A stretch of DNA of 63,040 nt, filler included, from Nemertoderma westbladi (Eukaryota; Animalia; Xenacoelomorpha): NCBI GenBank assembly GCA_032718475.1. It is 3 parts of 3 records of this genome, joined end to end, with 100 filler letters (N's around TTAATTAATTAA, not from the genome) between each part and the next. Parts side by side here need not be neighbours in the genome. Positions count along the whole stretch, not along the records: positions 1 to 15,875 come from JAUCBJ010007433.1; 2 more parts are not named here. The stretch is one strand, 5' to 3'. Shown in pieces: positions 1 through 12,042 of the stretch (within the stretch, counting starts at the first letter, position 1; each line of letters starts with the position of its first letter). The notes below the pieces were generated by a model. The model saw nothing but the letters and a program-made list of their open reading frames with translations. It did not search any database and was not told the DNA's origin. The translations under genes were made by a program, and so were the position numbers.

Positions 1-1339
1 TAAACTGTTACTGTTCGACAGAACAGTATTAAACTGTATTTAATGCTTACACTGCAATACAAGTAAACTGTTACTGTTCGCGCTTTTGAAGACCTTTAGC
101 AGTTTAACCTGCCAAAATTTATATGTCTTTTCGTTAATTAAAACCACTTTAGCATACGACAATAATTTATGCTAATACGCAAAACATTAGCCGAAGTCAG
201 CCCATGCGCGATCATTCACCCGATGGATCTACACCCGGGAGACTGAATTCGGATGCTTGAATTGTATTATTACAGTGTAAGGTTGTAGTGTATACCTAAT
301 GTATTATTCGATAGATCGTTAATAATTAATCTCTGACAGATATTATTGACTTTCAGGAAATATTAACAGTTCCTTTAGGACGTGGCGCTTTATCTATTTA
401 AACAGAACTAAGACTTATACTAAACGCAACGATACTGCTGCAGATTAAAGTATAAAACGTATTCTTTAGGAAATACTTTGTTACCAATCACAATCATACA
501 CACTATTCTGCCGACAGTCAGTATATTTGATCACACATAAAGAGAGCAGTAATTGACTCGCGTAGGGTCTGCTAAATAACATTGGATTCAATACACACCA
601 CATTAATATAAATCGCAATTGTTATATATAGCCGGTCTCTCTAACCTGTAGTGTTATCAAGAAAATTGGGAATTGGGTGATTTATCCGTATTATCCAAAT
701 AGCAATATTTCCATCAACAAATATTTACAATTAATAACTGACGGTAAAATAACAGTACAAACAATATGATTAATGAGTTAGGTGATATTCGATTCGTGAG
801 ATTAGGTAACAGTTTATACTTTCGATAATTCAAGCAGTTCTGCAGTTCACGGTACAGCAGTATCTATCCAAAAATGCCGGTGTTTCTGGCTTAGACAGCA
901 ATCACAACAAAAGTCACAACTCTCTCTCTCTCTCCCGTCAGAAGGTAACACTCTCCATGATTTCCAGGAAAGCTACACGTCGACAGGAAAAATCGCCCTG
1001 ATTGGCCCAAGCCAAACAAAGAACCACGCTGCCAATGGCTGTTTCCATGTCAGCAACCAGCTGCTAGATGTCGTAATATGAATCATCACGGCTAAGCTGT
1101 GAAAGGTGGTTTGTGCATTACAAGTTTTTGTCTTACCATGTCCGCTAAAACACGTATATAGCAGAATGATTTTTATGTCCGTTAAAACACCTGTAAAGGT
1201 ACCTTGCGGGCGAGGGGAATATATATACAGTTAGAAAACCTTTTTTAGAGTATTCCAGCGCCGGGGGGGGAACTGGCCAGCCAAGGCAAACGTATCAGTT
1301 ATCCCACAAAAGCTTTTACAATACTCCTTTCTCAATTTT

Positions 1340-3040
1340 TTGTCAAGTTAAACAGGAAGATGTCATAAAGATTGTGAAAACCATGTCTAATCATGTGAGC
1401 AGGATTGTATACCAATACCCCTTTTTAAGCTGATCCTACCTAATATTATTGAACCACTTACACAATATATCAACATTATTGTCTTACTAATGGAGAATTT
1501 CCCCCCTTACTAAAGAAGGCGCTGCTTAAGCCGTTACTTAAGAAGCCCCGGCTAAATCCTGAAATTCTTAAGAATTACGGCCCAGTGAACAACCTCAGTT
1601 TCATCTCAAAATTGTTTGTGAAAATTATTCTTCAACAATCGATAATTCAACTTCGGTTACACAAGAATCAATCTGGGTATAGAGCGTTTCATTCAACCGA
1701 GACTGTGAATACCTTCTTGCATAGTCAATTTCTAAAATCAATGGATATCCAGAAAGTAACATTATGTGCCTGTTTGGATTTAACAGCGGCCTTTGATAGG
1801 GTTAACCATAAAAATCTCCTAAATTTACTCGAAGATAATTTTGGTTTCACAGGGAATGCGCTAAATTTATTCAAAACATACTTAAACGGTCGTTCCCAAC
1901 AAGTAGTGATTGATGGCACCATGGGAAAAGAAACTATTTTAAGGACAGGTGTTCCCCAAGGTAGCGTGTTAGGTCCGGTACTCTTCAATGTCTACATGGT
2001 CGATCTGTTCAGTACGCTAGACAAAGAAGATTGTCTTTTTTCAAACTACGCCGATGATACTCAAGTTTTTAGGTCGAGCTATGCAGAGGACATCGAGAAT
2101 AGCAAAGAATGTTTAAGTAATGTACTGGATAAAGTAGGTCAGTGGATGCGATCAAATCAACTTCATTTAAATCCTGATAAAACCGAGGTGGCATGTTTTG
2201 GTAGAAGACAACAATTGGAGAAAATCCCTACGGCCCAGAGATATATTTCAGTTGGAGACTGTATAATATATTTCTCCAGTTCTGTTAAAATTATCGGTGT
2301 AGTTCTGGACAATAACCTTAATTTTCGCGAACACATAACTTCAACGGCATCGAAGACTAGATTTTATCTACGATCAATTTACAAGATCAAACAATACCTT
2401 CCAAGATCTGCATTGGAGACATTGGTACACGCATTTGTAACGTCCAGATTGGACTATTGTAACTCTATTCTACGCTCGGCTAATAAATCAGTCATTAAGC
2501 GGTTGCAAGTCGTTCAGAACAGCTCCGCGCGACTGGTTACAAATTCTCCGAGATTCGACATCGTTGATGGCGAAAGAATATACCGATCGGCTACTGCCAT
2601 GCTTCGCCAACTTCATTAGCTGCCGATTAGTTCGCGAATAGAGTTTAAAGAAACCCTTATAGTCTACAAATGTTTAGCCGGCGATTCACCCATTTATCTA
2701 AGTGAGAACATCAAACGTGTTGAACGAGTGAGATCGCTAAGGTCATCCAGCTGTCTTACACTTCAGGTTCCACATATAACAACAAATGCAGCCACTGCTA
2801 GCTTCCACCGTGCAGGCCCAAATCTATGGAATAACCTCCCCAACAATATGAAACAGGAATTACCATCACTTGCGTGCTTCAAAAAGAAACTTAAAATAAA
2901 CTTATTTTAAAATAAGAGGGACTAAACTAGATAGGTAATACGTAGTCAGTGTAGGCAGCAGGCGCTTTGATAAGGTCGTAAGACCCCTAAAGGCGCCTGC
3001 TATAACAAATATAAGTACAATATTATTAATATTATTATTA
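1340..3040 (+). mobile_element. 5'-truncated, decayed CR1/L2-clade LINE (RT domain to 3' tail)
   Basis: ORF 1585-2619 has LDLTAAFD, GVPQGSVLGP, YADD and SRLDYCNS. Homology continues past the stop (LH*LPI...LWNNLP...FKKKLK). A 3' stem-loop (2957-3001) is followed by a (TAT)n-like tail. Confidence 0.92.
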
Positions 3041-3059
3041 AGATATTGAATAAACTAAA

Positions 3060-3305
3060 TTAACAAACCTTTTTAGCACTACAGCTTTCATTGAACTTAT
3101 TAAAATGGTCATAGACACAAACGGCAAAGTCCATATGGCATTGATTCAAGTATATATAACCATTGGAGTCGCATTGTAGATCAGGTTCTAAACTACAGAC
3201 GCTCGCGCAGTGATGTGGTGTATGGATGTGTTGTGCATGCACTAGCTGACATTCGAAGGAGAAGAGGGCCAAAAACAAAAGTAGAAATTCCACATTAAGC
3301 TTCAT
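3060..3305 (-). CDS. Secreted single-domain Kazal-type serine protease inhibitor (81 aa, intronless)
   Basis: Hydrophobic signal peptide ending VHA, then the Kazal pattern C-x3-C-x7-CDSNG-x2-Y-x-N-x-C-x6-C-x11-C. TATA-like TTTAAATA lies ~55 bp upstream on the minus strand. Confidence 0.82.
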   Translation of the reverse strand: MKLNVEFLLLFLALFSFECQLVHAQHIHTPHHCASVCSLEPDLQCDSNGYIYLNQCHMDFAVCVYDHFNKFNESCSAKKVC

Positions 3306-3607
3306 ACCTTTTTAATTGTATCTCAAAATGTTAAGTATTATTATCAGCCTTGATACACCTATTTAAACGGAAATATAAACTAAAAAAATGTAATACAAAG
3401 GTGTAGTATATTGGAGAGTAGACCTTATAATTTAGTTTTATTGAACCGAAATATAAATAATTTTCAACTACCTGCTACCATGGTATTACCTGTCAGTGTA
3501 AGGCTCCTGAGGGTCTCGTTATTGGTTAAATGCAGGAGTTGTTGACATATAAAATAGAGGAAGTCAAATTCACTGTAACGTGTGACTAGTGGTCACAGGA
3601 TAGGGTG

Positions 3608-3705
3608 GGCATGGTCTAAAAGATAAGCACCAAATAACTGTGTTTGGCCGAGGGTACATAGGTCAGACAGCTGATCGCCTAACAACTGTCTGGCTGAAGG
3701 TACAC
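3608..3705. repeat. Two degenerate units of the 54-bp repeat found at 8251-8655
   Basis: catggtct...agcaccaaataactgtgtttggccgagggtaca matches the array unit. Confidence 0.75.
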
Positions 3706-4460
3706 TATAATCGTCCTGCTTCATTGAAACTGTACATTGAGATGCTATACTGGCTTAACAAAACTATTTTTATGCTTATCAACAAAGTTGAACCGCCACA
3801 ACTCCCTATCACCCAGGAATTTCCGCAATTATCCGCAACTTCAAAGACAGTGTCCTTTATGAGGGTTCTCAACAAAGTCAAGGGCTGTCCATCATGCTTA
3901 TTTTCTCCATGGGATTGTCAAAGCACAAGATTGTGCACTGACTGGTCCTCGCGGAGAATATAATGTCCTGCAACGCGGAGGCGATTTTGTTCTAGTGTCA
4001 AGCTTGGGGGAACCAATGAGACACCTGCAATGTTATATAGTGTATGGTTGGAGATGTGTGCATTGTACTTGACACAATGAACCCGGCGTAGCATTCTTGT
4101 GAAAGTGCCATGCGGATATTTGGTGTCCTCAGCAGTTAGAGCACAGCATGGACTCCCATAGAGGAGTACTGGTACTACTGCTGATCTAAATAATTGGACC
4201 TTAGTTTCCGATATATTCTGTGTGTCTTCCAAATCCTGGAAAGCCCATTCAATGTGTGTCACCATTAACAGTAGACACAAATGTTGTCGAACCATCGTAT
4301 ACTGATCTGATTGCTGCAATAAATTCGTCACGAATGCCATATAATGAAAGTATGCTGAACATACGTCGGCGAGAGACTGAATCAAAGGCCTTGAAGAAGT
4401 CAACAAAGATAACAGCCAGATGCCTGTCTTTCTTTTTTGATAACTCTACAATTATCCTTT
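3706..4460 (-). mobile_element. 5'-truncated, internally deleted RTE-like LINE with 11-bp TSD
   Basis: Matches the RTE copy at 48188-49969 (DFFKAFDSVSR, LFRSAVVPVLLYGS), with ~0.45 kb deleted near 4250. TGAAGGTACAC occurs at 3695-3705 and 4461-4471. Confidence 0.88.
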
Positions 4461-4539
4461 TGAAGGTACACAGCGAACGAAAACAGTATATGCCATGGCA
4501 AGACTCTGAGGTTACTTGTAAACACACTATTGTGTAAGC

Positions 4540-4925
4540 AGTTCAGGCGCCGTATCCACTCGGACACTGCGACATCATATCTGGGACCATATAACTCCAA
4601 CCCTAAAAGCATTGCACTGGTTACCTATAGTTCGCCGTATCGACTTTAAAATTGCCTTGCTAACTTGGAAATGTGTAAATAACTGTGCCCCGAAGTATCT
4701 AAGCGACTTACTAACTCCGTACATACCCATCCGCGAGATGCGATCCAGCGGGCTGGGTTTACTCGTGGTCCCTCGCTACAATACGGAACATTATGGTAGG
4801 CGATCGTTCTCCATTGCTGCTCCAACTGTATGGAACGCATTGCCTCCGGCCATACGCGAATCATTGAATGTGGGCATTTTTAAGAAACGTCTAAAAACTC
4901 ACCTATACAATCTGGAATACCACGT
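4540..4925 (+). mobile_element. 3' fragment of a CR1/L2-clade LINE
   Basis: HITPTLKALHWLP...FKIALL...GRRSFSIAAPTVWNALP...FKKRLKTHLY. Confidence 0.88.
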
Positions 4926-4928
4926 GAA

Positions 4929-5272
4929 CGGTAGGGGGGCATGGAGGAAGGATAGCCCGGTAGGGGGGCATGGAGGGAGGATAGCCCGGTAGGGGGGCAC
5001 AGAGGAAGGATAGCCCGGTAGGGTGGCTCGGAGGGAGGATAGCCCGGTAGGGGGGCATGGAGGAAGGATAGCCCGGTAGGGGGGCATGGAGGAAGGATAG
5101 CCCAGTAGGGGGGGCACATAGGAAGGATAGCCCGGTAGGGGGGCATGGAGGAAGGATAGCCCGGTAGGGGGGGCACATAGGAAGGATAGCCCGGTAGGGG
5201 GGCATGGAGGAAGGATAGCCCGGTAGGGGGGCATGGAGGAAGGATAGTACGGTAGGAGGGCATGGAGGAAGG
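4929..5272. repeat. G-rich minisatellite, ~29-bp unit CGGTAGGGGGGCATGGAGGAAGGATAGCC, ~12 copies
   Basis: Tandem periodicity read directly; G-run length varies. Confidence 0.95.
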
Positions 5273-5628
5273 TAATTCTGTTGATTCAGTATGTTATTAG
5301 TCAGTATTGTCTCCTTTTATTGCTTTTTTTTTATTGCCAATTGATTGTGTAAGTATCATTTTTGTCTAAAAGGTCTATAAATAACTAACCAGAGACAGGT
5401 CGTGTATTCTAGGACATTGATCAAGAAATGACCTGACTCCTGACTCGATGACTGCGCTGCAAATTTATGCTAATTTTTTGGTTTGTTATAAAGGGAACAG
5501 TTCCATATGCTGTCGCATTTTCTAACATTTTACATTAAATATATAAGCATATATTATGACCAATTTAGAACTAAATTACCATCATTGACTTTCTCACAAT
5601 ATTTTTCAAAAAAATATTGTGTTCTGTG

Positions 5629-6265
5629 AGGATTAGGCCTCACATAGATAAACTACTGCGAAAGAGCCAAAACGGATTTCGACCAAGTAGATCAACAATA
5701 GCTCAGATACTTGCACTACGGAGACTGATTGAAGGAATTAAGTCAAAGAATCTCACCGCAGTCATAACTTTTGTGGACTTCAAGAAGGCATTCGACTCCA
5801 TCCATAGAGGTAAAATTATTGAAATCCTAAGAGCTTATGGAATACCAGAAGTAATCGTTGCTGGCATTGGATTGTTATATTGTGACACAGAAGCACAGGT
5901 ACTCTCACCAGATGGTGAAACTGACTTTTTCTCAATCCTGGCTGGCGTACTGCAAGGTGACACATTAACACCATTATACTATTTGTAATTGTACTGGATT
6001 ACGCAATGAGGACGGCCACAATGGGTGAAGATCTGGGATTCACACTTCAAGAACGCAGAAGTAGTAGATATCCGGCAACTACAGTCACAGACACCGACTT
6101 TGCGGATGACATCGCCCTGCTCTCTAATATGCTAGCAGATGCACAGCTTCTACTAAATAAAGTGGAGAGGGCTGCTAAGGAGGTTGGATTGCATATAAAT
6201 GCTACAAAGACCGAATTCATGACCTTTAATGTTGATGGAAACTTGACAACCATTGATAATAATCA
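5629..6265 (+). mobile_element. RTE-like LINE RT fragment (second RTE family)
   Basis: QNGFRPSRST, VDFKKAFDS, GVLQGDTL and FADDIAL, with a frameshift near 5975. Near-identical to 7370-7750. Confidence 0.9.
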
Positions 6266-6309
6266 ACTTGCTTGGGCAGCCACCAAACATCGAGGTCAGC
6301 CCTACAAGG

Positions 6310-8250
6310 AAAATATATGACTAAATGCTACCTATAGAAACAAGGGGCTTCACACCCGACGAACTTCAAAGAAGCATTAAAAGCTTGTCCAAACAGAGAT
6401 GGACACGGGCCGGGCTAGCTCGCGAGCCGGGCCGGGTCGGGCTTGGGCCGCATTCTAAATATTGCAAAGCCCGCTATTGTTGAATAATTATTATCCAGTT
6501 AACAAAACACAAAAATATGAAAATTTTTGATACACATTTTTTATCTCAAGTAGTCATATAAAAATCACAGTTGTTTCATGATGTATTTGTGTCTTTGTTT
6601 AACTATGTAATGCACCTTTGCTACATTCTCAGACTCACATACATATTACTTAAGTAGACCCTAGAAGGTACACAGACTGATACGTAGGCTTACCATCTTA
6701 CAGGCCATTCAATTAAAACCAGGTATTGATTTGAAATTTAATTATGTTTATAAATAAATTATTGAATCGAAATTTAGATACTCTCTGATACAGTCTGACA
6801 GTTAGTTAAGTTTAATATCATCGAAAAATAAATCAATCGAAACTAAAACGATGAGGCAAGCACATTATTTCATTTTAAACAACAAACATAATGTAAACAT
6901 GGCACACCTACACAACGTGTGTATATAGTATTTTGAGTTTTCTAACGCACAAACAACCAGAACAGTGACTCTCGATGACAAACGACAAACTGATATTGTA
7001 TTTGGAATTAGTGTATGTAAATTGATAAAAAAAGTTAAAATTTTATTTTGTGCAGTAATGTTTAGAAAAATTAAAATTAACGGGCCCGGGCCGGGCTGGG
7101 GCGGGCCGAGACCCAACGGGCCCGGGCCGTGAAAAACCGGCATGTGTCCATCTCTGTGTCCAATCATGAAGCGATTGGATTAGATGAAATCAATGTAGAG
7201 GTATGGAAAACAGAACTGCTAAACAGACCATTGAAAAGCCACTACTAATTTAGACTAAAAGTCAACTAAAGCCTCTCCCCAAGAAAGGAGACTTCGGTAT
7301 ACTAACAAACTATCGTGGAATCTGTCTGCTTGTGGTAGCTGCCAAAATATACAATAAAATGATTCTATATAGGATTAGGCCTCACATAGAGAAAGTACTG
7401 CGTAAGAGCCAAAACGGATTTCGACCAAGTAGATCAACAATAGCTCAGATACTTGCACTACGGAGACTGATTAAGGGAATAAGCCTAAGAGTATCCCCGC
7501 TTTCCTGACATTTGTGGACTTCATTAAGGCATTCAACTCCACCCATAGAGGTAAAATACTGGAAATCCTAAGAGCTTATGGAATACCAGAAGTAATTGTT
7601 GCTGGCAATGGATTGTTATATTGTGACACAGAAGCACAGGTAATCTCACCAGATGGTGAAACTGAGTTATTTGCAATCCTGGCTGGCGTAATGCAAGGTG
7701 ACACATTGGCACTATTACTGTTTGTAATTGTAATGGATTACGCAATGAAGACTATCAAAAATGGATACCATCTGGAATTCAGATCTCCCCCGGACCCTGA
7801 AGACTAAGTTCTTTCGAGCCACAGTGGAAAGTGTACTTTTATACCGGGGTTAGACCTGGACACTGACGAAATTACTTGAACAACGAATTGATGGTTGCTA
7901 CACAAGACTATTTCAGGCCAGCCCTATACATCAGCTGGAGACAACACACACATGATAAACGCCGAGCTTTATGGTACGATACCACCTGTATCAACCACTC
8001 TCCGTGAACGCAGATTAATATTCAATGGGTACTGCTGGAGAAGTAAAGGCGAGGTCATACCAGATCTACTTTTATGGCAACCAACACATGGAAAGCGTAG
8101 TCGTGGACGACCGGCCATAACATATATAGATCAACTTGAAAGGGATACTGAACTTGGGAGAAACGAAATTGCGACAACTATGGAGAGTCGGGAAGCCTGG
8201 AAGGATCTCATTTCCACTGTCCGAGTTCGCTCGACCTAGTAGTAGTAGTA
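6310..8250 (+). mobile_element. Decayed RTE-like LINE ending in a (TAG)n tail, interrupted by a hAT MITE
   Basis: PKKGD..TNYRGI, QNGFR, DFIKAFNS, LLWQPTHGKRSRGRP; TAGTAG tail at 8237-8251; internal deletion near 7750. Confidence 0.88.
6394..7156. mobile_element. hAT-type non-autonomous element
   Basis: 13-bp TIR CAGAGATGGACAC, GGGCC-rich subterminal repeats, and an 8-bp TSD (TGTCCAAA/TGTCCAAT). LINE coding sequence continues across it. Confidence 0.88.
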
Positions 8251-8655
8251 GAAGGTACACAGTGCATGATCTGACAGATGAGTACCAAAAAACTGTGTTT
8301 GGCCGAAGGTACACAGGTCATGGTCTTACAAATGAGCACCAAACAACTGTGTCTGGCCGAAGGTATACAGGACATGGTCTGACGGATGAGCACCAAACAA
8401 CTGTGTCTGGCCGAAGGTATACAGGACATGGTCTGACGGATGAGCACCAAACAACTGTGTTTGGCCGAAGGTACACAGGACATGGTCTGACGGATGAGCA
8501 CCAAACAACTGTGTTTGGCCGAAGGTACACAGGACATGGTCTGACGGATGAGCACCAAGGAACTGTGTTTGGCCGAAGGTACACAGGACATGGTCTGACG
8601 GATGAGCACCAAACAACTGTGTCTGGCCGAAGGTATACAGGACATGGTCTGACGG
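8251..8655. repeat. 54-bp tandem repeat, ~7.5 copies
   Basis: Unit GAAGGTACACAGGACATGGTCTGACGGATGAGCACCAAACAACTGTGTTTGGCC. Confidence 0.95.
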
Positions 8656-10034
8656 TGCAATTAATGCAGACATTTAGATATCGGAAAATGAAGAACTTAT
8701 GTATTCAAAAGTATACTGTACTGGTAGGTAGGTAGGTGTACTAACATACTGTAGTGGTGGTAACTATTTGAAAAAGTCATATTACCATAAACCTCACGGT
8801 TTTGGTATCTGTTTGATGTAGATTTGAAATAAAATTGGTCTGTTATTTATATAAATAGTTAAAGCCTTCGAATTTACACAGGAAGATGTTGTATAACATG
8901 TTATGTAACAGCTTTAATGCACACATGTTACGACATAACACCTCATAAACACAAAACCCCCGTGCATTGAAAATGGAAAGTTAATGACACTCATGCCAAG
9001 CACTTTATCTGCAGTGTATTTATGTACTGTAACGCAGGTCTGTCTTTACATTTAAATCAGGATTGGGGACAAATAATCTAATGCACTCAACTTCAGAGTG
9101 ATGTCTAAGTGATGGAATCCTATTGAGAGCCGCAGCTGTTGTGAATTAGAATTTTAGTGTCTACTTACTTATGTTGCAGTTGTCACTTAAACATTAATTG
9201 AATCAAAAGCATTACTCAGCATACCTTTAGCCATGATACCCTACTTCCTTAGTAGCACACTACTGTGTTTGTAACAACATGTGACAAATGATGCCTGTGA
9301 AAGGGCTCAAAGTATTGTCTCATACAAGGTTCCAAAGTCCTTATGGTGGGTGATTGGTTTCATTGGCATCGGTTTTAAAACAAAAAAAAACACTATAAAA
9401 TTAATTATGCCTAATGCTTTACATATTTTAGATACATTAATATAGACATGTGATACACAGTAGTAATATTGTCATTGCCATAGATTTCGTATATAATGAA
9501 TTTACACACATATAAACAAGATATATAAAAAATAAGTAACAAATAAAATTGATTACAAATTGAATAAACGGCAAATTCAACTTCGCGAAATCAATACAAA
9601 TAGGTGACACATTGTGAAACAAGAGTAAAAATAATTAAATAATTTATTATAGAATGTTCCTGTGCCCGATTTTGAATATTAATTTCAGAGCGGCATACCC
9701 TAATATAATAGGCCTATATCAAACAGACATTAAACACAGCTGTTGCAACTTTAGTTAATGGGAAATATTTTGTTAAATTATATTGTAAATTAAATGTATT
9801 TGACTTAATATCTTTCAAAAAATGTGGTAAAAACATAATTAAATATGTTTCATACCACTCTAAAGTATGTATCAGATGTATGTTCCGTTCCGTTCGAGTA
9901 TTTTTTCCTTTTTCAGACATTTTTCAGACAGGAAGGGGGGGGGGGGGGCTACCTTAATTCAAATCCCATCTCTACAAATTTATATCTTGATGGAATATTA
10001 AATTATCGATTGAGGGAAAGGGGCGGGCTCTAGT

Positions 10035-10170
10035 GGCGTGGCACGTTATTATAACCAAAACAATAAACGAAGTCAATAAAACAGGTTACAGTTTTATATT
10101 TTACGTGATCAGCAGTTTTTGCGTCGATTTCTCGATTTTCCCCTGGAGAGAGATGAATTTTCATTGCATC
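10035..10170. repeat. Interspersed repeat shared with 23165-23290 (unclassified)
   Basis: gtggcacgttat..taaccaaaacaataaac...acaggttacagtt...cccctggagag.gatgaatttt is present at both sites in the same orientation. Confidence 0.7.
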
Positions 10171-12042
10171 GAATTTCTCCCCAGTCCGACATTTTTATAT
10201 CGTTTCTGATGAAGAAATTAATTTTGTAATTGTCATTCTAATGCTTCAATTTTGTTTAATATTAACTTATGCAATAGGTCACTCTACCAAAAAAGATCAC
10301 TGAATTGTATATCTAGACTTTTTTTATTTAAAATTCAACAAAACATTCAAAACTATTGTAACTATGCTATTATGTTTTTATAGCTGTGATATTTTAGCTA
10401 TTACGTGTTTCTTGTGTTGCTAATTAATTCTAAGTTAAATAACAAATTTAGAGTTTATATAGTTTAAATAGTTAATATTGGGTTATTTTCGGTAATGTTG
10501 ATTTTAAATCCATGATTATGTTAGTAAGTTAAAGGTCTTGGTTAATATAGCTCAATAAACCATCGTAATTAATTAGCCCCGATTCTCCCATTAGTTGCAC
10601 TATTTCTTCTGCGTGTTCTTTCGTTACTGAATCGCCTAGAAATAAATTGCTATTTGTGATTATAATGAAATACTCAACGTAAATTAAACCGTGCTAAACA
10701 CAATGAACTGCCAATTCGCACCTAGCGGTAAACAGAGAAACTGTAAAAGTCTGTCTGTGTGTAGAATTTCTAATTAAGCAATGCTCGTAGGCTACTACTA
10801 CCAAATTTCAGATGAATCTGATGATTGGTTCTATAATTACAGCTAGTTTTACATTTCTGTCAATTCGTCCCCTACCGACAGACAGATGAACTATGGAAGT
10901 TTGTCGTATACTTTCTAAACTTTTGATAGACTACATGTGTACCAAGTTTGGTTCCATTTCATCAATGATTGACCGACTTATTAGAGTTCAAACATTCTAA
11001 CCAGCCTGTCACATACAAACTAATAATAGTTGTAGGAACTCGAGCAGAACTCCAGTAATAATGCAGTTCATCTTCCTAGTCACCCTTCTTTGGCTGTTTT
11101 ATTTCCATTATACCAAATACACCCTAAATTTCGTCGACTATTCCCAGTTCATATTTCGGGCAACTTTGCCATACACACATTTTAACTCCGCAGTCCACCA
11201 TTCCAAAAACACATTTACTTCCAGTACTATTTACTTTATACAACCAGTACAACATAACCGACTCCTTTGGCAAACTCACACTTCCGTCCGAATGCAACGG
11301 TGTCTCACATATCTGTGGTTTTGTAGGCCATACCGTGATTAATTATGCACATCAAATGACGAGGTAACAATGTCACAAGACACATTATACTGCATGCTTA
11401 GGCCCAAGCCACAGGATGTAGATTAACAGATTGGGGGAGCAGGTTTCCGACCCAAAGATACGTTTTATGCGAATTCTGCTTATAATGCGTCGTTACACTG
11501 TTCCGAGGGGTGAAGTGAGTGGAATGACGCGGTGTAGTTCAAACATCCTTATAATTGATAGAAAGGAGCTGCCTTAGCGCATTACCAAATTGAATTTCAA
11601 TCAATACCCATCAATCGTTATCCCTCTATAACTTAATGATGTCGAGGCATTTCGCTTCTCGTCGGGTTATTATTTATTTATAAGAAGGCTTGCTTAGCTC
11701 AGCACATGCTGCAACGCAACAAAACCACCCTCTTTTGTTAGAATTATGAAAGTCGCTGTTTGAACCAATCCCTCCTACTGTCAAATATAATATATTAATG
11801 TTTTTGGCCTTACTTCATCCCGCTGTGTTTAATATTGTCCGCAAACTTAGCTGCTCCGTGCCATCTCAGCATTTTTTTTTATCTTTTCGTATCACATGAA
11901 TACAAAGGAAATTATGAAATTAATCATTTCCTTCAATAATACAATTTGTAATTGCCAGTTCATCAAATTGATAACACTTATTATTTTTCTTAAAACGCCC
12001 TTTTCAAAACCAGGGTTTGTTAGAATTGGCACACGATTCACT

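Larger units (their letters stand above)
3490..5623 (-). pseudogene. Remnant exons of a multi-exon leucine-rich-repeat (F-box/LRR-like) gene, disrupted by LINEs
   Basis: AG/GT-bounded segments 5623-5580 and 5451-5390 join in phase 1 to give YCEKVND-VIESGVRSFLDQCPRIHDLSL. Segment ~4527-4465 reads CLQVTSESCHGIYCFRSLCTF and 3572-3490 reads EFDFLYFICQQLLHLTNNETLRSLTLT. All resemble cysteine-containing LRRs, but not all phases can be reconciled. Confidence 0.45.

Noticed and set aside
3706-8250. Single 4.5-kb composite retro-insertion flanked by GAAGGTACAC
   Set aside because: The minus-strand RTE has its own TSD partner at 4461, so the block comes from several events.
8251-8655. CRISPR-like array (also 16450, 46471, 51453)
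   Set aside because: Contiguous units with no unique spacers, no cas genes, and a eukaryotic context.
940-9295. TAG stop-codon reassignment, suggested by in-frame TAGs in candidate exons
   Set aside because: The same remnants show frameshifts and TE insertions, and TE ORFs here end in TAG; pseudogene decay is the simpler explanation.
11896-12042. N-terminal 49 aa of the 404-aa ORF
   Set aside because: AT-rich and upstream of a clear signal peptide; probably UTR or intron sequence.
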